Source: an uncultured Chloroflexia bacterium
GTDB taxonomy: Bacteria > Chloroflexota > Anaerolineae > CG2-30-64-16
Length of the DNA: 64,000 nt
Assembly (NCBI GenBank): GCA_963774265.1
Contig: CAVZDU010000008.1
Coordinates: 128,001 to 192,000 of the forward strand
Reading direction: 5' to 3'
Position numbers and translations under genes: made by a program
The notes under the pieces: generated by a model
Told to the model about the DNA's origin: nothing
What the model saw: the letters and a program-made list of their open reading frames with translations, nothing else
Database searches by the model: none
In this document: piece after piece, positions 18,700 to 27,883 of the stretch
Numbering within the stretch: the first letter of the stretch is position 1
How the letters are laid out: each line of letters begins with the position of its first letter

Positions 18700-21342
18700 C
18701 TACGCGTTCAAGATGCGGCGTGCAAACACCTCTTCATCCTCGCGAGCTCACTTCTCCATCTAGTCGCGCCGCGCGCAGTTGCTCGAGGATCTGCCGATAG
18801 ATGCGACCTGGCGGCAACCCCATACGTCGCAGATCATCACCGTCCAGGAGAGGCTGCACGTGCTGCCAGCGCCGCTGGTAGGTGTCGAGGCGTTGACGCA
18901 CCAACCAATCGTCGCATGCCACCCGTAGCACAAGCCTCGCTTCGTCGCTGGATTCTGCGAGAACTACGGTTATGTCACTGGGCCGCGCGGTGTTGGATTT
19001 CAGCGCATCTAGCCGCGCCGCGAGATTGCGCACTTCCAGCGCCAAATCGCGATACGCCTTGCGCAGGTGCAGCCTGTTGAGCACCTCGGTGGTAGCGTCC
19101 GGCGTCAGATTGAACAAGAGCAACGCCAGGTAGAGCCGCGGTGTCGCCTCCGCAGCGATCGCCATGGGCGGTGGCGCCGCACTGAGAGCGCTACGCACGG
19201 CGTCAAGGGTCGTCCGCAGCTCGCCGGCCCTGGCCGAGAACCATGCATCGCAGATCAAACTCGGATGCAGCTTCCGCAAGACCCCTAACCCTTGCAGCCG
19301 GCACAGCGTCCGCTCGGGTTCGGCTTCGGCCAGGATCAGTTCCAGCTCGTGTCGGACACGCTCCGCGCTGACCCGGTCCAGCAAGTCCAGTGCATCTGCT
19401 ATCAACTCTTCGGTGCGCGGCTCAATGGCGAACCCGAAACGCTGCTCGAAACGCGCCGCACGCAGCATGCCGCGTAGGGTCCTCCACGAAGCTCAGGCTA
19501 TGCAACACCCGAATCAGCCCATCTTCAAGATCCTTGCGCCCACCATAGAAATCCAGCAGTTCGCCCCACCTGTCGGGCGTCAGCCGCGCCGCCAAGGTAT
19601 TGATGGTGAAGTCACGGCGATGGAGATCTTGTTTGATGCTACTGCGCTCCACCGTAGGGAGCGCCGTGGGATGCTCGTAAAACTCGGTGCGCGCTGTAAC
19701 AAAATCAAGGGAGTCGGGCAGTCCATTACCCTCCGGTTGAGCAGTCTTGAGCAGATCCCTCAGGCAAAATCCACTTAGCTGTGCCGAACCGTCGGTGGCT
19801 GCGCAACCGCCCACCAATCTGTCGCACCAGTTCCTGGGTGAGCCGAATCGCGTCGCCCTCCACCACCAGATCGACGTCAAAGTTGGGTTGTGACAACAAC
19901 AGATCGCGCACGAATCCGCCCACTACGTACAAAGGATACCCCAGCTCGTGCGCCACAGCGCCGGTGCGCCTGAGCAGTTCCAACTGCGCCTCCGGCAGCG
20001 CATCCCCCATCAGCCCAGCCAACGACTCGACGGGCTGCACCGACGTGGTCGCCCACTGTTTGATGAGGTCTGTGCGCGTGACGATCCCCAGCAGCTCGCC
20101 TGTGACTGGGTCCAACACCGGCACCTGCCCCCAATCGTGCTCGGTCATCACCTTGCGCAGCGCCGTCACCGGGTCGTCAGGCTTCACGAACACCTCTCCA
20201 GGTCGCATGTAGCGACTCACGGAGTGTTTCTCCAAGCCGTGATGCATTGCCCGGTCGATTTCGCGTCGCGTCAACATGCCGACGATCCGGCCGTCCTCAA
20301 CCACCGGAAAACCCTCAAAACCATACCGCTGCATTCTTTCGGCCGCCGCGCCAATTGTGTCGGTGGGCGCCAGGGTCTGCGGCGCGCCATAGGACATGAT
20401 CTGCTCGACCGTGACGCTGGGCCGGATGGCGTTCTGGAGATGATAGACCAGCGACTCATACACACTCGCCAGCGAACCGTCACGGATGAGCGCTGCTGCG
20501 GCTCGGCTGTGCCCGCCGCCGCCGAAGGCCGCCGCAATCTTTCCTACATGGATTGCATCGCTGGTGCTGCGGGCCACCAACTGAATGTAATCCCCCATCT
20601 CAACCAGCATGAACAACGCATCTGGCTCATAGAGATCACGCAGCTTGTGAGCCAACGTAGAGATTTCATCCACGGGGGTAACCACCCGCGCGCTGGCAAT
20701 AATAACCGCATGGTCATTGAACTGATACGGCTGGCTGTTATCGGCCAGCTGCTGATAGAGCTCGCGTTGCTCATCCGTGAGGGGGTGGTTGAGGTGTTTG
20801 TCCATCACCAGCAGATTAGCCCCGCGCTCCAACAGCCAACCGGCCGCACGAAGATCGCGTGCTGTCGTGGTCTGATAGCTCAACGCGCCAGTGTCCTCAT
20901 AGATGCCCAGCATCAACAGCGTGGCATCGACCGGCGTCAGCATCATCCCGACTTCGGCCAGCCGCTCGACCAGCAGCGTAGTCGTGGCGCCCACCTCGTC
21001 CCCGACAAACGACCATCCCTGGGGCAGTTCCCGCACCAGGGGATGATGATCAATGATCTGCACCGGTGTCTGCGTGCTCATCCCGCGAATCGGTTGGACC
21101 GTCTGCGTGTCAACCAGGATCACCTGCTCGATGCGCCGCTTCGGCAGGTCTTCCAGGAGCACAAATGGCAGCATCTCCGCATACTCAGCCAGGAAAGCTT
21201 CCAGGTTCCGGTTCATCTGGCGTGGCAGGACCGGTGTCGCGTTGGGATACAGCCGTGCGGCTGCCAACATGCTGGCCAACGCATCAAAGTCAGTATGCTC
21301 GTGCGTCAGTATGACGGTCACGGTTTGGGTCGGATTGGCCAT
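18700..21342 (-). CDS. cca: DHH-DHHA1-CBS-CBS-tRNA nucleotidyltransferase (CCA/A-adding enzyme), frameshifted
   Basis: [31 protein letters not shown], two CBS repeats, [30 protein letters not shown] and SFVEDPTR. Shifts near 19760, 19470 and 18745. Confidence 0.9.
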
Positions 21343-21377
21343 CGTCAAGCTCGAATTGTCTACTCAGCCGGATACAC

Positions 21378-21404
21378 AAACGCCCGGCGCGGGGCCGGGC
21401 GTTT
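21378..21404 (-). terminator. GC-rich hairpin after the DksA/TraR gene
   Basis: AAACGCCCGGC / GCCGGGCGTTT perfect 11-bp IR; the U-tract is short. Confidence 0.55.
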
Positions 21405-21428
21405 GGGCAAAAGTTCAGCAGGGAAGTC

Positions 21429-21767
21429 TCAACGCCGGCGTTGGGCGCATTGGCTGCATAGGGTCGTATGGCTGAGCACCGCCAGGCGCTCCGGTTCGAT
21501 GGGATTGCCACATCGCTCACACCGGCCATAAATGCCCATTTTAAGCTGCTCCAACGCCTCGTCGATCTCCGCCAGATGCTGTCGGGCGCGCTCTCTTAGC
21601 GCAAGGTTGAGTTCCCACTGATAGATCATGGGATCACCCTCACCCAGCTCATAGTCGCCTTTGGTCTCCAGGCGGCTATTGAGTTGATCGAGCTCTTGCA
21701 CCACTTTTGCGCGCTCAGCCTGCAGCCGCTCGCGCGCCTCAGCGATCTCATTCATTTTTTCTGTCAT
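21429..21767 (-). CDS. DksA/TraR C4-type zinc-finger protein
   Basis: Coiled coil followed by YGRCERCGNPIEPERL..TTLCSQC. Confidence 0.9.
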   Translation of the reverse strand: MTEKMNEIAEARERLQAERAKVVQELDQLNSRLETKGDYELGEGDPMIYQWELNLALRERARQHLAEIDEALEQLKMGIYGRCERCGNPIEPERLAVLSHTTLCSQCAQRRR

Positions 21768-21806
21768 GGTTGTATTGGCGCCACGTCGCGCTCAGCGACC
21801 CAGATC

Positions 21807-23606
21807 TCAGTCGTTCGGTTCGTCGGCCGAAGCAGCAACGGTCGGTTCCTCTTCCTTGTCACTGGTGATCTCCGTTTCTTCAACCTCCAGTGACTCGACC
21901 TCGGCCTCCACCACACCGCTTTCCTGTTCGGAAGATTCCTCGCCACTCAGCAACTCAGTCGTCACCGGCGCTTCCTCGACTTCGGGCGCTGACGATTCCT
22001 CGCTACTCAGCGATTCGGGCGTGACCGGCGCTTCCTCGACTTCGGGCGCTGAAGACTCCTCACCACTCAGCAACTCAGGCGTCACCGGCGCTTCCTCGAC
22101 TTCGGGCGCCGAAGACTCCTCACCACTCAGCAGCTCAGGCGTCACCAGCGCTTCCTCGACGTCGGGCGCCGAAGACTCCTCACCACTCAGCAACTCAGGC
22201 GTCGCCGGCGCTTCCTCGACTTCGGGCGTCGAAGACTCCTCGCCACTCAACGACTCAGAAGCCACCGGCTCCTGTTCGGCCAGTGACGCGATCAATTCAG
22301 GCTCCAACTCCTCGGTCAACGGCGCCTCGTCTACCGGCAGCTCATCTGCTGCCGTCGCGAACTCGTCGATCTCGGCCGGTGCAACGCCCTCAACATCGCC
22401 CTCTGCCTGAACCTCGGCCTCTTCGGGTGCGCTCTCGACCTCGGCCGCGGCATGCTTCTCGCGGTAGGTGGCCGCCCACTCGGACCATTCAGTCTCAGAC
22501 ACCTGGCGGAGGCTCAAACCGATACGCCGGCGGTCCGGCTCGATGCGTAACACGCGCAGCAGGAGCAGGTCGCCCGGCGCTACAAGGCTCTGGGGATGAT
22601 CTGGTCGGATATCCGCCATTTCAGAGACATGGAGCAAACCCTCGACGCCACTGCGCAGCCGCACAAACGCGCCAAAGTCTGTTACCCGCGTGACTACTGC
22701 CTCGACCAGTTGGTTTGGCGTGTACAGCTCGTCGATATGACTCCACGGATCCGGCTGAACGCGCTTCAGGCTCAATCCCACGCGCTCGCGCTGCTTGTCA
22801 ATCCGCAGCACTTTGACATCCACCACCTGCCCGACCTTCAGCACCTCACTTGGATGCGCGACCGGGAACCAGGCCAACTCCGAGATATGCACCAGACCAT
22901 CGGCCCCACCCAGATCCACGAACGCGCCGAACTCCGACAGGCTGCGCACCGCGCCCTGCCGCACCTCACCCACCTGGATGTCATCCAGCAGTTGCTTGCG
23001 GTGTTCGCGCTGCCAGCGGCGCCGCGCGGCGCGCTCGGACATGATCAGACGGCGGCGCTTGCGGTCCACTTCGACGACCTTCACCGGGATTGTCTTCCCG
23101 ACATAAGTCGCCAATTGCGCCTTGCGCTCCTCGGGTGACATTTCGCGCGGGAGCGAAGACAGATGGGAGGCAGGTACGAAGCCGCGCAGCTTGCCAAAGA
23201 TCACTTCGAGGCCGCCAGCGTTATGACCGCTGACCATTGCCTCGAACATCTCGTTGTTCTCCATCTTCTCCTGCGCTACCAGCCAATCCTTCTCCTGGAG
23301 CGCGCGCGACAAGGAGACAATGAGGTTCCCTTCCCGATCCGACGGCTGCAGGATATAGACCGGCCAGGTCGAGCCTTCCTGAAGCTCCGCAAGGGTGGAC
23401 TTATCCAGCCGCGACAGGTCATTGGCTGGAACAATCGCCTCTCGTTTCAGCCCCAGGTCGATCACGACCTCCTGCGGGGTGACCGAGATAATCGTGCCCT
23501 CGCGAATGTCGCCTCGCTGAGGCATATCGTACCCGCCCTGATCGAGCAGGGCCTGCATCGGGTGCACCTCAGCCGGTGGCTTGGTCGGTGGTAAAGATGT
23601 GGACAT
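21807..23606 (-). CDS. rpsA: 30S ribosomal protein S1 (four S1 domains) with long acidic repeat tail
   Basis: Four S1 domains (VIDLGLKREAIVP, LRGFVPASHL, FGAFVDLGGADGLVHISEL, FGAFVRLRSGVEGLLHVSEM); GGAGG RBS. Confidence 0.92.
   Translation of the reverse strand: MSTSLPPTKPPAEVHPMQALLDQGGYDMPQRGDIREGTIISVTPQEVVIDLGLKREAIVPANDLSRLDKSTLAELQEGSTWPVYILQPSDREGNLIVSLSRALQEKDWLVAQEKMENNEMFEAMVSGHNAGGLEVIFGKLRGFVPASHLSSLPREMSPEERKAQLATYVGKTIPVKVVEVDRKRRRLIMSERAARRRWQREHRKQLLDDIQVGEVRQGAVRSLSEFGAFVDLGGADGLVHISELAWFPVAHPSEVLKVGQVVDVKVLRIDKQRERVGLSLKRVQPDPWSHIDELYTPNQLVEAVVTRVTDFGAFVRLRSGVEGLLHVSEMADIRPDHPQSLVAPGDLLLLRVLRIEPDRRRIGLSLRQVSETEWSEWAATYREKHAAAEVESAPEEAEVQAEGDVEGVAPAEIDEFATAADELPVDEAPLTEELEPELIASLAEQEPVASESLSGEESSTPEVEEAPATPELLSGEESSAPDVEEALVTPELLSGEESSAPEVEEAPVTPELLSGEESSAPEVEEAPVTPESLSSEESSAPEVEEAPVTTELLSGEESSEQESGVVEAEVESLEVEETEITSDKEEEPTVAASADEPND
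21931..22270. repeat. 60-bp coding tandem repeat, about 5.5 copies
   Basis: Successive 60-nt lines align almost exactly (GTCACCGGCGCTTCCTCGACTTCGGGCGC.GAAGACTCCTCACCACTCAGCAACTCAGGC), encoding PELLSGEESSAPEVEEAPVT. Confidence 0.97.
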
Positions 23607-23845
23607 AGGAAGGAACCTCCGAAACGCTGGATTGATTATGCAAACTCTTGAGCGTAACGCACTTGCTCACAGGTACGGCGCCCAAGCCGACAAAAAACAG
23701 GCCCGGCTGGCCTACACCGCTCATCTTCTAGTGCGCCAGCGGACTCCGATCTTCATTAGTGACCTTCTGGGTCTAGCGCGATGAAAAGCGCGAGATGACA
23801 AGTGCCACTCGCGCCACAACAAATCGACTGCGCCTGTGAAACGTT

Positions 23846-23875
23846 ATTATATACGATAGGCTGCAAGACTGTCAA
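23846..23875 (-). promoter_or_regulatory. sigma70 promoter upstream of rpsA
   Basis: Minus-strand TTGACA (23875-23870) - 18 nt - TATAAT (23851-23846). Confidence 0.8.
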
Positions 23876-23905
23876 CGCGCTGCCCAAATGCATTTACATC
23901 CGCAG

Positions 23906-24895
23906 CTACTTGCCGAGTTTTTCTTTGAAGGCCCGCTCCAATGCCGGTAGCACGTCAAACAGATCACCGACGATTCCGTACCTGGCCACGCTGAATATCG
24001 GCGCGTCCTTGTCCTTGTTGATCGCTACGATGGTCTTCGAACCGCTAATGCCCGCGATATGCTGGATCGCGCCCGAAATGCCGGCCGCGATATAGAGATC
24101 AGGTCGCACCGTCTTGCCCGTCTGGCCGATCTGATGTACGTAAGGGATCCAGTCTGCGTCCACGGCCGCGCGTGTCGCTCCGACGGCGCCACCCAACACC
24201 TTCGCCAGCCGCCTCACCGGTTCGAAACCCTCAGGTCCCTTGACGCCACGACCACCAGCCACGATGACGTTGGCGTTCTGTACGTCGAGCTCGCCGACTT
24301 CCATTCCCTCGAAGCCGATAATTTCCTCGCCGGCCGCAGCGCCTGCCATATCAACCTTAAAGGGAATCAGCTCTCCGCTGCGACCCGGATCCGGCGCCGG
24401 CATCGGGAAGCTGCGCACGCGCACGGTCGCCATCTGCGCATCACCTGCAAAAGTAACCGTCGCCGTGATGGCACCTGCGAATACCGGACGTTCGGCCACC
24501 ATCTTGCCGTCGGTATCGATGGCCACGGAGGTCACCTCCGCGGCCAGGCCAATGTTGCGTTCTGCCGCTGCCAGTGCAGCTACATCACGCGCACCTGTCG
24601 TCGCAGGCGCCAGGATAAGGCTCGGCTTGATCGCATCAATAGCCGTCCGCAAAGCCGACGCGAAGGCGCCGCTGCGGTAGCGGCTGAACTCCGGACCGTC
24701 AGCCAACAGCACCTTGTCCGCACCGTAAGTGATGGCCTCGCGGCCGACTGACTCGATGTTGTGACCGATGACCAACGCCGCGACGGTCGTGCCCGCCCCT
24801 AGCTTGCCTGCCAGCTCGCGGGCCTTGCCCAACATCTCCCAGGAAACAGGCTTCGCCACACCCTGATATTGATCGACGTAAACGAGAATGCTCAT
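23906..24895 (-). CDS. etfA: Electron transfer flavoprotein alpha subunit (canonical)
   Basis: [36 protein letters not shown] and [11 protein letters not shown]. Confidence 0.95.
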   Translation of the reverse strand: MSILVYVDQYQGVAKPVSWEMLGKARELAGKLGAGTTVAALVIGHNIESVGREAITYGADKVLLADGPEFSRYRSGAFASALRTAIDAIKPSLILAPATTGARDVAALAAAERNIGLAAEVTSVAIDTDGKMVAERPVFAGAITATVTFAGDAQMATVRVRSFPMPAPDPGRSGELIPFKVDMAGAAAGEEIIGFEGMEVGELDVQNANVIVAGGRGVKGPEGFEPVRRLAKVLGGAVGATRAAVDADWIPYVHQIGQTGKTVRPDLYIAAGISGAIQHIAGISGSKTIVAINKDKDAPIFSVARYGIVGDLFDVLPALERAFKEKLGK

Positions 24896-24915
24896 GGGTC
24901 AGTCCTCTCCTCGCC

Positions 24916-25712
24916 TCAAATCGCTTTCTCAGCGACCAGCTTGTCGACCAGGATCACGGCCTGTTCCGCAGTCGAACCGCCCTGGATGAGTTCCACCTTG
25001 CCAGCGCGCGCGGCGGCCGGCGCAGGTCGTTCCATTTCACCAGTGCAGCGCCCGCGCCGAGGCGGCTTCGATCCAGCCCGGGGAGATCTCCTGCGCCCAA
25101 CGGGGCAAACTTCATACGCGAGGCTTTGCGGATACCCATAAAGTTGGGGTACCGGGGTTCATTGATTTCAGTGCTCATCGCCAGGACCGCGGGCACGGTG
25201 ACCTTAACCGTCTGGATGCCCTCATCAAGGTTGCGCAGTACGGTCGCTCCATCTTCGGATACGTCGATGATCTTGCCCACATTTGACACGAACGGAACGC
25301 CCAACTGTACCGCCACCCCGGGACCCACCAGCCCGCCGTTGCCGTCCACCGATTGCTTGCCGACCAACACCAGGGTGTAGTCATCGAGATTTTTGATGGC
25401 CTGTGCCAGGATATGTGCGGTGCCCCAGGCATCACTGCCCTGGAAGAGATCGTCCGAAAGCAGGATGGCTTCTTCGATCCCCATCGCCACGGCCCGCTTC
25501 AGTGCTTCGATCGACTCCTCCCCGCCCATGGTGATGACTGCAGCCTCGCCGTCGTAGCGCTCCTGGAGTTGCAGGGCTTCTTCGACCGCGAACTCATCCC
25601 AAGGGTTCAAGACCATGGTGACACCTAGATCCCCGGTGCCGACATCCTCAACCTTCACGTCGGACAACTGCTCCGAGTCAGGCGTCAGTTTCGCGCAAAC
25701 AACGAACTTCAT
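24916..25712 (-). CDS. etfB: Electron transfer flavoprotein beta subunit (canonical), one frameshift near 25020
   Basis: NPWDEFAVEEAL, GSDAWGTA, GKQSVDGNGGLVGP and NEPRYP. The alternative frame gives a natural C-terminus, ..AEQAVILVDKLVAEKAI*. Confidence 0.93.
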
Positions 25713-25861
25713 CCCGTAGCCTCCTTAACGCAACGTCACTGAGTTTTCGCACAGGCAAAAGCGGGGCTGCGTGCCCGCCCTTGGGCTTTGACACGTAGCG
25801 TCACGAGTATAGCACAGCGCATAAATGCCGCGGAAGAGACTACGCGCTGAGGAAAAATGGT

Positions 25862-27883
25862 CTATCTCGCTGCACCGATCTCGCCAATCGTCTGCGGCTC
25901 ACCCAAGTGACGCAGCGGCTCGCTTGGATAGATGTAGAGGCCGGCCACTAGACGATATGGGCCAGGTCCCAGCTCCGCCGGAAGCGAGATAATGTGCCTA
26001 TCAGCCAGGCCTTCTCCGGGCGCCCACAGGCTGCTGGGGTAAAAATCACCCCCGGGACGATGGTCGCTTTGGCCCAGCTTGGCGTCTTCGGAGTTGAGGA
26101 CCTGCACGAAGGTCGTCCAATCCGCACCCATGAGCTGCAACGGCTCCCAGTAAAGAACCACCTGAAGCGGTTGACCGGGCGCCAGCGTCGCTGGTATCAA
26201 ATCATAGCCGGCGAGACGCACCGTGTCTCCATAGGTCAAATCGACGTCGTGATCGGGCTTAACCTTGGCTGGAAGGTTTACTGCGACTGGCGGTCCCAAT
26301 GGCCCCACCTGCTTATCGCCGAGGGGCGCCAGATCGAATTTGATGGCCAGCCCCGGCATGGGCTTGACCAGGTAGACGGGCCTCCCAGTCGCTAACGCCA
26401 GTTCTGTTACACGCGCCACTGTCGCCCACGCTGCACCTTGCTGAAGCTGCGGGAACAGCCCAGTCAGGTCTTGACGCGTCGCCTGGACATACTGGACATA
26501 CCACAATGGCGCCATCTCGTCTCGGTCATTGCTGACCAAAATCGCGTTCTGAGGCAGATCAGCGGCTAGCAGCGCGCCCCACGCCCGCTGCGCTGAGTCA
26601 TCGTTCGCGCGCTGCACTCTCGGCCAATGCACAACGGCCGATCGATAGGTGATCGCCAACAACAGGATGAAAGCAACGCTGGAGCCAGCCATAAGAGCAA
26701 CGCGACGCCTACCCTCATCTGAACTCCCGATCAGGGAGGCCACGGCTTGCCCAAGCGCCCACGCGCCCACACCCATCCACAGCACCCATACCAGGTACGC
26801 CGGAATGTAAAATACATGGATGTCACCGATGGCATAGAACAAGTTGAACGTGATTTGTGCGAGAAAGAATGTCCCTGTCAGACCGAGCAGCTGCCAGGCC
26901 CGATGATCCCTGCCGAAAACACCGCGGAGCAGCAGCCAGCCAAAGCCCAAAGCCCCCAAAATCAAGCCGCTTGTGCCCAATTCATCGACGAAGCGTCCCA
27001 CCAGTCCGCCGAGGTCAAGCGATCGGGCCTGTGGGGCAACCAAAGACGTACTGAAAACGCTCCCGCTGACATGTGCAAGAAAGCCGGCAACGGTCGATTC
27101 GTAAAGCGGTTGGGACTGGCCTGGCGCCAACTCAATACGATAGTACGGGACGTGCGGCGCTCGCAGTGGAATCACGAGGTAAAGCATGAGCGGCGCCAAC
27201 ACAACCATGCCGAGCGATAGAACCTGGTGCAGCGTGGGTCGCGGGTGACTGACTCTGTGACGAAGAACTCCGAATATGAAGAGGATGATCGCGGGAATCA
27301 GTAGGATCGTTGAACGGTGGTGGGTCAGGCTCAGGCCAAAGAATAGAGCTGTGAGGTACAGTTGCTGCGATGCGCCTGAGCTATCGCCACGGAGCACGCG
27401 TTCCGCCCACACGAGGAGCGCGAGCAGGATCGCCGCTACGAAGAAGGCGTGCAGCGTGTAAACTTCCGCGACGACCGCCTGCGACCAGAACGTTGGTGTG
27501 AAGTTGAACGCCAGCGCCGCACCCAGCGCAACCAACCGGGCCGGCCAGCCATCCGCTCTTGCATCGACAAATCTGAGCAGACGCATCACAACGAGGGAGA
27601 GAAGCGCGACAGCTACGCCGCCCCACAGCGCCGAGAAGAGGTTCATCCGATAGGCCGGCTCGCCGAACGGCACGATATGCGACCACAGCCAGCCGAGCAT
27701 GAGGTAGAGGGGATACCCTGTGGGGTGTGCGAAGCCGCCGAGCCACGCGGCAAACTGAAACTCCGCGCTGTCGCCCCACAGGAGTCCCGGCGCGAGGGAA
27801 CGGACGTACATGGCCAGGGCGAGAAAGCCGGCAAGCATGGCGACAGCGATGTCGGTAACGACCGCCCGCCGCGTTGAGCTCAC
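25862..27883 (-). CDS. DUF2723 (TMEM260-like) GT-C membrane glycosyltransferase with one C-terminal repeat domain
   Basis: GDSAEFQ, AHPTGYPLY, YRMNLFSA, FWSQAVVAEVYTL and GLSLTHHR; multiple TMs. GTG start overlaps the upstream stop (GTGA). Confidence 0.85.
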   Translation of the reverse strand: MSSTRRAVVTDIAVAMLAGFLALAMYVRSLAPGLLWGDSAEFQFAAWLGGFAHPTGYPLYLMLGWLWSHIVPFGEPAYRMNLFSALWGGVAVALLSLVVMRLLRFVDARADGWPARLVALGAALAFNFTPTFWSQAVVAEVYTLHAFFVAAILLALLVWAERVLRGDSSGASQQLYLTALFFGLSLTHHRSTILLIPAIILFIFGVLRHRVSHPRPTLHQVLSLGMVVLAPLMLYLVIPLRAPHVPYYRIELAPGQSQPLYESTVAGFLAHVSGSVFSTSLVAPQARSLDLGGLVGRFVDELGTSGLILGALGFGWLLLRGVFGRDHRAWQLLGLTGTFFLAQITFNLFYAIGDIHVFYIPAYLVWVLWMGVGAWALGQAVASLIGSSDEGRRRVALMAGSSVAFILLLAITYRSAVVHWPRVQRANDDSAQRAWGALLAADLPQNAILVSNDRDEMAPLWYVQYVQATRQDLTGLFPQLQQGAAWATVARVTELALATGRPVYLVKPMPGLAIKFDLAPLGDKQVGPLGPPVAVNLPAKVKPDHDVDLTYGDTVRLAGYDLIPATLAPGQPLQVVLYWEPLQLMGADWTTFVQVLNSEDAKLGQSDHRPGGDFYPSSLWAPGEGLADRHIISLPAELGPGPYRLVAGLYIYPSEPLRHLGEPQTIGEIGAAR

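Noticed and set aside
21931-22270. 60-bp periodic array as a CRISPR
   Set aside because: Whole units repeat with no unique spacers, it is in frame within rpsA, and there are no cas genes.
21766-22410. Ser/Gly-rich repeat ORF on the plus strand
   Set aside because: Antisense reading of the rpsA tandem repeat.
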